Assembly (NCBI GenBank): GCA_963726195.1
Contig: CAVSBO010000004.1
Span: 288,001 to 352,000, forward strand
Direction of reading: 5' to 3'
From: Candidatus Thorarchaeota archaeon
GTDB lineage: Archaea; Asgardarchaeota; Thorarchaeia; Thorarchaeales; Thorarchaeaceae
DNA: 64,000 nt
The translations under genes were made by a program, and so were the position numbers. Of the stretch, positions 1 to 9,702 are shown piece by piece (position 1 is the first letter of the stretch; each line of letters opens with the position of its first letter). Below the pieces are notes generated by a model, which was given only the letters and a program-made list of their open reading frames with translations, searched no databases and was not told the origin of the DNA.

Positions 1-224
1 GTCCCTTTTCTTACACCATGATTCATGATCAGTGTCCTCTATGAAAGCGCCTTCTGTACATGTCATCCTGAAAGACGGAGCATCTGAAGCAGAAGACGGA
101 ATCCCCGTTATGGCTACTGATTACGCGTTCCAAGTTGCGAAGTCAATCAAAAGGGATAATACCTTAGATACTGGTCGCCTCGCAGGGGTCAAAGGTTACG
201 ACTGTCCTAATAACCGACGGCGGA

Positions 225-587
225 TTGAAGCATACTCTTGCCATTGTGAGATCACTAGGCAAGAAGGGAATCCGCTGTGCAGTAGTGGACAGGTCGGTCT
301 TCGCACAGTCGTTCTACTCCCGGTATTGCAGTGAAAGCTATGTGGTACCTGACCCGGAGAAGAAGGAAAGAGCATTCATGAATTCGTTGATGACTTTGGT
401 CAAGTCAGGAAGGTACGATGTCCTGCTGCCCGCGGGATGGCATCCGAACTACTACGCTGCCAAGGCCAAGGCAATGCTGGATCAATACACCCATGTTCCG
501 GAAGCGCATGGTGAGGAACGATCTCGATTCATTGGCGAGTCGCTGTACGACAACCACATTGAAAGAACAGATTCAGCTTTTGATTGA
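225..587 (+). pseudogene. Truncated ATP-grasp (carboxylate-amine ligase-like) N-terminal fragment
   Basis: In-frame TVLITDGGLKHTLAIVRSLGKKG...SFYSRYC...YDVLLP is the typical pre-ATP-grasp N-terminus; similarity is lost after about 95 aa and the catalytic domain is absent. Confidence 0.55.
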
Positions 588-625
588 GAAATCGAAGAGA
601 CAATGAATGGAGTCTCAGTGAACGG

Positions 626-1408
626 ATGGCGCCACAGATGGAAATGCGACCCAGACTAATTGACTCACATTGCCACTTGCTAGAGCCGGAATTCGCGTCT
701 GACATGAACGATGTGATAGAATCTGCGAAGGCCAAGGGAATTCTGATTATCAACTCCGCAATATCGCCCGCATCTTGGGAAGCCTGCATAAGGATGGCAG
801 CAACTAATCCATCTGTCTATGCATCAATCGGGCTTGACCCAATGCTTTACGATCAAGCACAATCCGCGGTCGATTTCATAACCAAGCATGCAGGAGGCAT
901 CGTAAGTGTCGGCGAATGTGGCATAGACCACTTCCGAGCTACGGATCATAGCGAGAGGCAGATGCAGGAAGACGCATTTAGGATTCTGGTCAAGCTCTCA
1001 TCGCAACTTGGTATCCCTGTACAGGTGCATTCCCGATCAGCTGGTGCTGCGGCCTTAGAAATACTCTCGTCCACCGATGCGCAACTTGTGCATATGCATG
1101 CGTTTGATGGCAGAGCAAATCTAGCTAGAGTTGCATCAAGAGAGCGTGGTTACTACTTCTCGATTCCTACCTCGGTTGTGCATTCTCCCCAAAAGAGGAA
1201 ACTCGTCAAGGCAGTGGACTACGAGCGACTCCTCGTTGAGACTGATAGTCCCGTTCTGGGACCAGTAGCTGGCATCAGAAATGAACCGGCCAATTTGTGG
1301 ATTGCAGTGAGAGAGATTTCGATGATACTTGGCAGGAGCGAAGATGAGGTCGCATCTACTGTTCTAGAGAACACCCTGAGGCTCTACAGAAGGATACGCG
1401 TTAAGTGA
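626..1408 (+). CDS. tatD: TatD family deoxyribonuclease
   Basis: Motifs IDSHCHL, VGECGID, VHSR, HAF, LVETDSP, RNEP; start chosen at an internal ATG. Confidence 0.93.
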   Translation: MAPQMEMRPRLIDSHCHLLEPEFASDMNDVIESAKAKGILIINSAISPASWEACIRMAATNPSVYASIGLDPMLYDQAQSAVDFITKHAGGIVSVGECGIDHFRATDHSERQMQEDAFRILVKLSSQLGIPVQVHSRSAGAAALEILSSTDAQLVHMHAFDGRANLARVASRERGYYFSIPTSVVHSPQKRKLVKAVDYERLLVETDSPVLGPVAGIRNEPANLWIAVREISMILGRSEDEVASTVLENTLRLYRRIRVK

Positions 1409-1452
1409 TAGGGTTCATAAACACATGAACGTCAGCAGCCTTAGTGGTGCCT

Positions 1453-2100
1453 ATGAAACAGGGATTGGAAGAGAAGCTCGAAACCCTCCTGTCCTCTCAG
1501 ACTGCAGCCGTTGCTCGTGACGAATGGACAAAGGCACAGCCTTCAGCACTGGTTCCCCTCTTTGATTATCGCTTCGACCACGTGAATCAGGTGGTCCGAG
1601 ATCTCGAAATACCTTGCTGCAGCAGACAGGCGCTAATCTTGACATAGTCACAATGGCGGCGTGGCTGCATGACATATCAAAACCTGGTATTGGTGGGGAC
1701 TCGAATCACGGAGAGGCGAGTGCAAAGGACGCACGTGACATCCTGTCTAAAGAAGGGAATCGACCGGTTGACCATCGACCGCGTGTGCGACGCGATAAGG
1801 AAAGCATGTCGGGCTGACACTGGAAGGTCCGCTGGCCACTCCTGAGGCTCAGGCTCTTTGGGAAGCTGACAAGCTAGTGAAGCTTGGCATGATAGGATTG
1901 GTTCACTACATATTGAATGGCATCAAACTGAAACCAGGTATGGATATGGAGGCGAATTGCCAGTGAGATTCGCGGCTTCATTCCACTGGCTGAGAGAATC
2001 GCGAGCAGCATGAGCACTCAAGCGGCGAAGCAGGTCGCAGGTTCGAGAATGCAGCATTTGAAGAACGTAAGCGGATATCTGGACGCTGAATTGCGTCAGT
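1453..2100 (+). CDS. HD-domain phosphohydrolase (five +1 frameshifts), apparently fused in frame to the downstream CinA-like domain
   Basis: Reconstructed across frames: RFDHVNQV...AAWLHDISK...HGEASA...AIRKH...LWEADKL...MSTQAAKQVA..R, a complete HD motif set. Confidence 0.8.
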
Positions 2101-2966
2101 CGGCGGCTCCCAAAGGCGCGACAACCAAAAAGCCCGAGACTGCCACCCAGCTCAAGGCCGGAATAATGACGATCGGCAATGAGGTCCTAGACGGTGTGAT
2201 TTTGGACACGAATGGGAATTGGATGGAGCTCCGTCTCGCAGCGCTGGGTGTCATTGTAGAGAGACAGACATCAGTCAGAGACACTGTTGCCGACATCGGG
2301 AGAGGCCTTGCATATCTGAGAGAGACCTGCAATGTAGTCATCACTTCAGGAGGTCTTGGACCCACTCACGATGATATGACTCTCAATGCTATTGCCACAA
2401 CTCTAGGCCTTCAGTTGGAAGAAGATTCGGCTGCCTTGTCCATCGTCCAAAGGCAGTACCAGCATCTGTACGAACAGGGAATAGTCACCAGTCCGGACTT
2501 GACCGAAAGCAGAAAGAAGATGGCACGATTGCCGGTGGGTTCGACTCCCTTGGACAACACGGTCGGAGGTGCTCCGGGGGTCATGATTGCTCATGACGGG
2601 ACCACAATCTTCTGTCTGCCCGGTGTTCCTCGTGAATTGAGAGCAATCTTCGAGTCCTCAGTTCGTCCGTGGGTAGAGAAGAAGAGTACGCAACACTACT
2701 TCGAGCGAATCGTGGATTTCGAGATATCTGATGAGACCGTATTCTCACCATTCATTGACAGGGTTATGAAGAAGAATCCTGGAGTGTACATAAAATCCAT
2801 GCCCCAAACTTACGGATCCTCAAAGGTTCTCAGAGTCTGGGTTTCTGCAAGAGGGAACAACGTGGGTGCGTTGAAGACTTCAGTGGAAAAGGCCATCAGT
2901 GCGCTTTCACAGGAATCAGGCTTCAAAGTGTCGGCAGCCAAGGGCTCTCAAGACGATTCCCGATAA
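2010..2966 (+). CDS. CinA-like / molybdopterin-binding (MoCF-biosynthesis fold) pyrophosphatase domain
   Basis: TIGNEVLDG..LDTN, SGGLGPTHDDMT, GGAPG, LPGVPRE; no PncC domain. Confidence 0.9.
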   Translation: MSTQAAKQVAGSRMQHLKNVSGYLDAELRQSAAPKGATTKKPETATQLKAGIMTIGNEVLDGVILDTNGNWMELRLAALGVIVERQTSVRDTVADIGRGLAYLRETCNVVITSGGLGPTHDDMTLNAIATTLGLQLEEDSAALSIVQRQYQHLYEQGIVTSPDLTESRKKMARLPVGSTPLDNTVGGAPGVMIAHDGTTIFCLPGVPRELRAIFESSVRPWVEKKSTQHYFERIVDFEISDETVFSPFIDRVMKKNPGVYIKSMPQTYGSSKVLRVWVSARGNNVGALKTSVEKAISALSQESGFKVSAAKGSQDDSR

Positions 2967-3013
2967 GTATATTCACCGGGTCCGTCTGCGGCTCACAAAG
3001 GTGAATCTGTCCC

Positions 3014-3784
3014 GTGCTTGTGGATTTCGTCATCGATCTGAACGATATTATTGTCTTCTTTATTGGATTCCTCTACGTCCTCGTTGTCTTGGGCATAGGA
3101 GATCTCGCACGAAGGAAACTGAACAAGGGTTCGAATCTCACTCGAAAAATTATACACCTCTTTGCAGGGATTGTCATCTGGACTGTTCCTTTCTATCCTC
3201 ATCCTTGGGTGGCCACAGTTCTAGCGTTCACATTCGTCGTTTTCCTTGCTGTGGCGAACTCGAAGAGGTTTGGAAGATTCTTTGCCGCAATGGCTCGCCC
3301 TGAAGATCTCGAACACGGAAGTGTAAGGGGACCGTTCTGGTATGCCGTGTCCATAACCCTGCTCACAGGCCTGTTTACTTTCACAGGGTATCAGAGGCTC
3401 TATTTCGTTGCAGCGGCTGCTATCCAGATTATGATGTTCGGCGATGGCATGTCTGCTCCGGTCGGCATGAAATACGGCAAGAACCACATGCACACCATAT
3501 TTGGCTCGAAAAGGAGCATACCCGGGAGTTCTGCATTATTCCTTTTCGGCTTCTTTGGCGCAATGCTTGCGTTCTGGTTCTTCGGAGTGTTCAACTATGG
3601 CGTGTTCATTGGAGGCGGACAGATACTCTGGATGTCGATGATCTATTTGGCTTTAATTGCATCAATCTCAGCAACGCTCATAGAACTGGTAAGCCCGAAA
3701 GGCAGTGACAATGTGACGCTGCCCTTTCTCACTACTCTGATAATCTTCATGGTAGGCATGCAGATGGGCTTCGTCGTGCTGTGA
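3014..3784 (+). CDS. CTP-dependent polyprenol/dolichol/phytol kinase family membrane protein
   Basis: RKIIH, GDGMSAPVG.KYG, KRSIPGS, E..SPKGSDN..LP; multiple TM helices. Confidence 0.85.
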   Translation: MLVDFVIDLNDIIVFFIGFLYVLVVLGIGDLARRKLNKGSNLTRKIIHLFAGIVIWTVPFYPHPWVATVLAFTFVVFLAVANSKRFGRFFAAMARPEDLEHGSVRGPFWYAVSITLLTGLFTFTGYQRLYFVAAAAIQIMMFGDGMSAPVGMKYGKNHMHTIFGSKRSIPGSSALFLFGFFGAMLAFWFFGVFNYGVFIGGGQILWMSMIYLALIASISATLIELVSPKGSDNVTLPFLTTLIIFMVGMQMGFVVL

Positions 3785-3786
3785 GC

Positions 3787-4347
3787 CTAGCGGCTCGCCT
3801 CAACCACAATGCGGTAGTAATAGACCTTGCCTGCAGTGGGGCTGTCACGTTCCACACGGATGACCTGCCCCGCTTTGGCACCAAGCACTTTGGCAGCCGG
3901 GTCGTCCCTCAGGATTCTCGGAAGCTGTGGTTTCTTGATGCCATAGTGTTCGAGCACCATGTGGACCTCACTATCGCTCACGATGATGTGCTTGGGAACA
4001 AGCTCATGCTGAAACAAGTCGAACGAAGAATAAGTACCCTCGACCAGTTCTACCTTGGACGCCCGTGCGAACTTCCTTGCAGCGGGAGTGAAACGAGAGC
4101 CTCCCACCAGAACTCCTTCGAGGGCTTGGGCTTCTTCCATGTCCCGGGCGATGTCCTTCACTATTGCGACGCCGACAACTTTCGCTTCCTTGAATATCCA
4201 GACGACTGACTTGGTGACCGCTTCGCCTGTCTCCTTCACAGGGAGCATGACGTATCGGTCTTCGTATTCAAAGAGTTCGTCGACCTTGTAACCACGAAGT
4301 GTAAGCAAACCTCTGGTCTTAATCACTGATGCTGGAAGGTCTACCAT
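3787..4347 (-). CDS. rpoH: RNA polymerase subunit H/Rpb5 with additional N-terminal (jaw, restriction-endonuclease-like fold) domain
   Basis: C-terminal HELVPKH...QLPRI...DPAAK.LGAK.GQVIRV.R.SPTAGK..YYR.V is the Rpo5/Rpb5 signature; about 110 aa extra N-terminal domain. Confidence 0.92.
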   Translation of the reverse strand: MVDLPASVIKTRGLLTLRGYKVDELFEYEDRYVMLPVKETGEAVTKSVVWIFKEAKVVGVAIVKDIARDMEEAQALEGVLVGGSRFTPAARKFARASKVELVEGTYSSFDLFQHELVPKHIIVSDSEVHMVLEHYGIKKPQLPRILRDDPAAKVLGAKAGQVIRVERDSPTAGKVYYYRIVVEASR

Positions 4348-4562
4348 GGACGAAGCACCCGGGCGCAAAGCTCCGCGCTGTTGCAGCACATATAAACGTT
4401 GTCAAGTGTGTTGTTAGTGCCATACGAGTTCTTGAGCGGTTTCGTAATGCAAGACCAATGGAATGGTGTCACTGGCCATTGCCTTGTCGGATATTTGTCC
4501 GAATATGGTTCATTTATCAATGCTTAAACGATGGCTACCCCGGAACATGAAAACCCACCAAG

Positions 4563-5456
4563 GTGGCAACTTGCATGAAACGCCTGACCCGAGCTCGAAC
4601 GTCCATGACTTTCGCCGCAGCAATCTGGGGCTCGTCATTCGTCGTGGGGCGAGTTGGGGTCTCCTATCTCAATCCAGTTCTATTCACGTTTCTGGAGAAT
4701 TGCATTGGCCTCGTGGTCCTTGTCATCGGTCTAAACATACGGAAACCTAACAGCGAGAGGCAAGGGCCGACCAACGTTCTCTTCATGTCTGAGTCTGTGC
4801 TGCTTGGTTCCCTTAATGGGCTCGCGTACACGCTTCAATACATTGGTCTCTCTCTCACAACAGCTGTGAACACGAGTCTACTGGTCAATGTCAGTATGCC
4901 CTTCGTGCCTGTAGTAGCTTGGGCCTTGCTGAAGGAAAGGCTCTCACTAAGACGAACCGGAGGACTCGTGATTGGAATCTGTGGTGCGGTTCTCGTGACC
5001 ACGAAAGGCCAGCTGGAGTTACTAATCGGAGGAGAGTTGTTGGGCAATCTATGCGCGTTGAGTGCTGGAATATTATGGGCATTCTGGATTGTCATCTCTC
5101 AACGTGGCATCGAAAAGACGCGAAGCCCACTGCGACTGGCTGTTGGCAATGAGGCATACACTGTTGTCACGCTCTTCATTGCCACGTTGGTAACCGGAGC
5201 CTACAGTTTGGGTGCAGTTTCTGCTTGGCAACCGTGGATCGCAATCGCGTATCTCGGGATAATGTCAGTTGGGCTGGCCTACTTGCTCTACTATGGAGGC
5301 CTCCAAGAGATTGGCGGCTCAGCATCGGCTGCCTATATTCTCCTGCAATCCGTGGTGGCCCTAACTCTGGGCATCGTTCTGTTGGCTGAGCCTTTGACTC
5401 CACCGGTTTTCGGGGGTGCTTTGATGATTCTGCTGGCTGTTGTCATCGCTGGCTAG
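4563..5456 (+). CDS. EamA/DMT family transporter
   Basis: IWGSSF start, about 10 TM helices in two repeats, LLKERL and LAEPLT motifs. Confidence 0.9.
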   Translation: MATCMKRLTRARTSMTFAAAIWGSSFVVGRVGVSYLNPVLFTFLENCIGLVVLVIGLNIRKPNSERQGPTNVLFMSESVLLGSLNGLAYTLQYIGLSLTTAVNTSLLVNVSMPFVPVVAWALLKERLSLRRTGGLVIGICGAVLVTTKGQLELLIGGELLGNLCALSAGILWAFWIVISQRGIEKTRSPLRLAVGNEAYTVVTLFIATLVTGAYSLGAVSAWQPWIAIAYLGIMSVGLAYLLYYGGLQEIGGSASAAYILLQSVVALTLGIVLLAEPLTPPVFGGALMILLAVVIAG

Positions 5457-5551
5457 GGAAGATGAATACGTGATGACAAGCTTCTTGAATGGGTTTTGCG
5501 AAGGTAAATAAAGCCCGATGAGCTTCGGGTAGAGGTCAGAGGCGAACCATA

Positions 5552-5977
5552 GTGCCGGGACTTACTAAGGGGATAATTGCCGACGTGAAGAATAGGCCCT
5601 ACGTCAATCTCCCGCAGGGCTTCTTTTCAAACCCTGCCGTCAGTGGTATGAAGGCGGCAATGGTAATCTATTTCGAACGTTCCGGTGAGATTCGTCTAAT
5701 ACCGATGATGAAAGAGGCTGGCGCAAGGGTGAGGCTGGAAGTCGAAAAGGTGAATCCGGCCCTGATGCAAACTATGACGCATCTCTTCAAGCAGCACGAT
5801 TTGAAAGTCCTTTTCACGACAGGTTTCTGTTTCGAGCAGAACCGATGTGTTTACGAGGTTTACTTCGCCGCTGATGATATTCGCGAGAAAGAAGCAGAGA
5901 TTCGTGAGACTATCAACAGCATACCAGGTCTCTATGAGAGCGAATTCGAATTGCTTGAGATAGACGGTGAATGGTAG
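5552..5977 (+). CDS. Hypothetical protein, probable C-terminal ACT-like domain
   Basis: Clean 141-aa ORF; C-terminal beta-alpha-beta-beta-alpha-beta pattern ending I.SIPGLYE.EFE. Confidence 0.6.
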   Translation: MPGLTKGIIADVKNRPYVNLPQGFFSNPAVSGMKAAMVIYFERSGEIRLIPMMKEAGARVRLEVEKVNPALMQTMTHLFKQHDLKVLFTTGFCFEQNRCVYEVYFAADDIREKEAEIRETINSIPGLYESEFELLEIDGEW

Positions 5978-5997
5978 AAGCCGTGGTCTTACTCAGC

Positions 5998-6699
5998 CTA
6001 AGCAGGGCTGGTAGCCTTCGAGCCTTTCTTCATGATGCGGAAAGCAGCGTTTTCCTTCACGCTCGTCTCGACAACTTCGAGGTTGACGCGCAGCAGTGAC
6101 TCCAGATATCCCTTGATGAAAGCTGCCGGATAGAACGGACTGCCGAAGACTATCAAATCGTCGTGATACGACACTGCGCCCCAGCCGTTATCCTGAAGGA
6201 GTCCAAGCACTAAGGCCCTGCTAGATTCATCTCGCGGGTCCCGACCATGAAGGAGTGTGACCACGTCGGCAACAGGAGCTTGGCTCCCTGCAGTGGTACC
6301 CAGTTCATACTGTTCACTGGGCGTGAGCTTCGAGAAGAACAATGACGACAGGGTTTCGGACTCCAATGCGACACGGCACGAGTTCACATAGATGCCTCGC
6401 TCGCTCCACTTGTGAACGGAGAAGTCGAGGAAGAATTTGACAGCATCCTCGATTAGTTGAGCTCTTGAGCGCCCCGCTCTGGCCTTGACCAGTTGATCTA
6501 TTCTTCCGACAAGTGGCTGGCTCATGGTGACGCTGATGATCTCTTTCTTCTCCTCTGTTGGCCTTCTTTTCCTTCCCTGTTTCTTCTCTTCTCCGGTATT
6601 ACGGCTCACTGAGGTCTCGGTCTTGGGGTCATTGTCGACGCTAGGTGATTTCGGGTCATCAGTGATGTTTATGCCGGGGTCTACAGGCTTTCGAGCCAA
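5998..6699 (-). CDS. Ribbon-helix-helix (CopG-like) regulator with V4R-like C-terminal domain
   Basis: ISVTMSQPLVGRIDQLV...SRAQLIEDAV is an RHH; NGWGAV and FIKGYLESLL resemble V4R-type domains. Confidence 0.7.
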   Translation of the reverse strand: MARKPVDPGINITDDPKSPSVDNDPKTETSVSRNTGEEKKQGRKRRPTEEKKEIISVTMSQPLVGRIDQLVKARAGRSRAQLIEDAVKFFLDFSVHKWSERGIYVNSCRVALESETLSSLFFSKLTPSEQYELGTTAGSQAPVADVVTLLHGRDPRDESSRALVLGLLQDNGWGAVSYHDDLIVFGSPFYPAAFIKGYLESLLRVNLEVVETSVKENAAFRIMKKGSKATSPA

Positions 6700-6912
6700 G
6701 TGTAGCTTGCCTCCCGACCTCTTTCTTTCTGAAGCGTCGCTGAGTGTGCTCAGGGATGATTTGTGCGTGTTGCACTCTGTGAAGGGGTCTCGTTCGTCCC
6801 GAAGTGTTCCTCTGCTATAAGAATGCTTTGGGACGAAGCGAACCCAGCTGCAGGCTGGTCATCATTACAAATGACGGTAAGCACTACGTTTGTTCTGTAA
6901 TCCAGGACTGGA

Positions 6913-7302
6913 GTGGGTTTGACCCAGCAATGTTTAATCACTTTTGTGGAAGAAGTCAGCTGGGTACCCGCCTTGGCTCATTGCGAATTCTGGCTCGAGA
7001 TGAGGGAAGAGGACAACGCATTTCGTGTTATGCTGCTCCTCTTTGAAGGGATTGATCCTCCAAACGAGTATGCTCAGGTCGACAACCAAATCGTAGACTG
7101 CGGTCGGTATCTGTACGCTTCACCTTGGTTACCGAGTATCCATGCAGCAGAGAACGAAATGACGACGACCGCACGGAGTTACTCGGAGAAGGATGTCAAG
7201 ATTATGGTTATCCGCGAGATAAGAAAGACAGTTCCGTCTTGCCAAGACTCCGGATTTGGGACTACTAGTGTGAGCAAAAAGAAAAGAGAGAGGGGTCACT
7301 GA
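6913..7302 (+). CDS. Hypothetical protein
   Basis: 129-aa ORF filling the gap between neighbours; no recognised motif. Confidence 0.45.
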   Translation: MGLTQQCLITFVEEVSWVPALAHCEFWLEMREEDNAFRVMLLLFEGIDPPNEYAQVDNQIVDCGRYLYASPWLPSIHAAENEMTTTARSYSEKDVKIMVIREIRKTVPSCQDSGFGTTSVSKKKRERGH

Positions 7303-7314
7303 CCCCTAACTCTC
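7276..7314 (-). terminator. Hairpin plus U-tract downstream of the 7313-7975 gene
   Basis: AGGGGTCA-c-TGACCCCT (7291-7307), extended by GAGAG/CTCTC, with an A-rich tract at 7276-7285 (U-tract on the minus strand). Confidence 0.6.
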
Positions 7315-7975
7315 AAGGTGCAGGCCACGGAATCACAAGGCTTAGCATCGCAGGACTGATTATCACAATGATGCCGACTGCAATGCATGCGAGACCAATA
7401 AGCACGCTGACTGGGTTGGAAGCAAACACCTTGCCTATGAGTTCAATCAGCTTGATGAGCAGTCCGCCCAACAGGTAGACCACGGCGAAGATGATTATGA
7501 ATATCACGAGCATTCCCTTGAGGGAGACGATCTGTGTAATGGCGCCTCCAATGACCGGGGCGGTCTTCAAGGGATTCAGTATACCATAGAGTGTGAATGT
7601 ACCGAAGCCTGCTATGCCTGCTGCAAAAAGAAAGGCGAGTGGGAACTTGTCGAGTATTCTCATCACGAGTGAGAATCCCGTTATGATGAGTATTCCAGCA
7701 ACGATGGGAGCGCCCGGCTGGGTCGTCCATGCCACATACCCAACAAGCATGTCGAGGAATCCGACAATGAACCCGACGTGAGTACCTGTTTTGACCACCA
7801 AATCCAAGAACTTGCCGATTATCGGAACTTCCTCAAGAACGTGTTCCAGGAGCCAGGCAGCAGCCAAGATTCCTGAGATAATGAGCACCCAAGCTATAAC
7901 CACTTGGTTAGCGAAGAATGCCATTATCTGTCCGAGGCTGAGATCGAAGATGCCAAACTGTAGCATATTATGCAC
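7313..7975 (-). CDS. Hypothetical multi-pass membrane protein
   Basis: 220 aa, about 6-7 hydrophobic segments. Confidence 0.75.
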   Translation of the reverse strand: MHNMLQFGIFDLSLGQIMAFFANQVVIAWVLIISGILAAAWLLEHVLEEVPIIGKFLDLVVKTGTHVGFIVGFLDMLVGYVAWTTQPGAPIVAGILIITGFSLVMRILDKFPLAFLFAAGIAGFGTFTLYGILNPLKTAPVIGGAITQIVSLKGMLVIFIIIFAVVYLLGGLLIKLIELIGKVFASNPVSVLIGLACIAVGIIVIISPAMLSLVIPWPAP

Positions 7976-8125
7976 CTATCATAGGTGAAACACGACTAGT
8001 ATTTGAAAGTTTGGCGTTGTCACAATTTGCTAGCCAATGAACGAGCTGCCGATGCTGTTTCGGATGCAGTTGGCGCGTATGCACTAGAGCAGCACGACCA
8101 TGCAAATCCAAGTAACTATACTCCT

Positions 8126-9673
8126 TCAGACATGGACAGTCCCAAGCATGGCCGAAGACAGCGCAAACGCGCTGAAGAATACTAGACCACAGGCCAGACC
8201 AATTAATGCTGGTCTTCCGCCGTTCACCATTCGCGAATTCTGAAAGCCCGTTGAGAGAGTCATCGCGGCCAAGGCGATTATCAGCGGAGTGAGATCAATC
8301 AAGGAGAGGGCCTTGGGATTCCACAGAGGCCCCTGATGCATCAAGGCCCCGATGAACAGAAAGGGTGTCAGTGAAGATAGAAGGCCTAGGACAGCTGCAC
8401 TTGTGAGGCTCAACACGTAGACCTTGAGTCTCTGTGCCGCTATTATAGATCCACGTTCTTTTATGATAGCAGACCTCTTGACCATATGTACAGCCAACTT
8501 GGATAGTCTCTCACCGGCTTGAGTTGCCGAAGCTTCGCACATCAGTGAGATGACCTTCATCATTTGGGCCGCTCTCTTACCCAAGGCCTTCTCACTCGCA
8601 ATTGCCATGGCCTCTTTGGTGCTGGCCTTTTGCCAATAGATTGACTGAATGGCGGGGTCGATCAACCGCTGAATCTCCACTCCAGTATCGTCCCTTATGG
8701 CCGGAAGAGCGACCTCGAGTGTGTCTCCAGATCGAAGACGTTCGCCCAGAAGCATCATGAAATTGACAAACTCGTCATATTCTGTGGTGATGTCCTTCTG
8801 AGATGGTGCGAGTGCTCCTGTATTCTGCGGTCGGTCAAAGTAGGCAGAGAACTGACGCTGGAACCGTGAACCCATGCCCCAGCTCAACCCAGCGAATAAT
8901 GGTGCCATCAGTATCACGAGGGGATTAGTGCCATAGCCCGCAAGAGAGATGGCAAGTGTAAACATGATGGGTAAGTATGTCGTAAGAGCAGCAACAATCA
9001 ATAATCTGCTCTCAAGCTCGAGGTTCCTCTGACGCAGCATCGCGTCGGCTTCGAATGACTCCCCTGAGAGGAGCTCCAGTAGGTCCGTTTTCCTCTCGAG
9101 GGCGGTTAGAATCGCGAGGAGGTAACGCCTCAGGTCATCGGACGGCTGATCCTTGGCGAACTCGGCGATTGCCTTCTCCGGTGGCACTCCATCTTCTGTC
9201 TGGGCAAGGATTCGGCGAAATGATTCAGATAGATACGGATGCTCTGACTGTGCTACCATCTCAATGGCATCAAATATCGTTCCTCTCGCTTGGAATACCA
9301 AAACAAACTGCTCGAATACGATATCGGCTTCCTCTGACAGGCCGATTTTGTAGCTGTTCATCAGAGAGACTGGATGGGAAACGATGATGTAGTATGCAAC
9401 CACCGCAATAACAGTCGATGGAGGAACAATGATCAATGGATTGGTTGCCAGACGTGACATCAACCAAAGCAACCCGATGAACACAAGAAAGGAGACCAAG
9501 TAAGATGCAGAGGCAACTCCTTTGGAGGTTAGGTTCATCTTAGGTGCCAAAAATCTTACGGCACGGTCAAGCTCCTTGTCCTTCTTTCTGGCACCGAGCA
9601 GCGAGAAAGGGGGTATCTTCGACCCTACCCTGCAGAGCCGCTCGTACATTATCTGCCAATCCTCTAGTAGCAC
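8126..9673 (-). CDS. Type II secretion F / TadB-TadC / ArlJ-like membrane platform protein
   Basis: Two T2SSF-like repeats (GTIFDAIE..A...HPYLS..F..I....EDG.PPEKA...F; LRSGDTLE.AL) separated by TM pairs. Confidence 0.7.
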   Translation of the reverse strand: MLLEDWQIMYERLCRVGSKIPPFSLLGARKKDKELDRAVRFLAPKMNLTSKGVASASYLVSFLVFIGLLWLMSRLATNPLIIVPPSTVIAVVAYYIIVSHPVSLMNSYKIGLSEEADIVFEQFVLVFQARGTIFDAIEMVAQSEHPYLSESFRRILAQTEDGVPPEKAIAEFAKDQPSDDLRRYLLAILTALERKTDLLELLSGESFEADAMLRQRNLELESRLLIVAALTTYLPIMFTLAISLAGYGTNPLVILMAPLFAGLSWGMGSRFQRQFSAYFDRPQNTGALAPSQKDITTEYDEFVNFMMLLGERLRSGDTLEVALPAIRDDTGVEIQRLIDPAIQSIYWQKASTKEAMAIASEKALGKRAAQMMKVISLMCEASATQAGERLSKLAVHMVKRSAIIKERGSIIAAQRLKVYVLSLTSAAVLGLLSSLTPFLFIGALMHQGPLWNPKALSLIDLTPLIIALAAMTLSTGFQNSRMVNGGRPALIGLACGLVFFSAFALSSAMLGTVHV

Positions 9674-9702
9674 GCGTACCGAGGCACTTCTTAAACTGCC
9701 CG

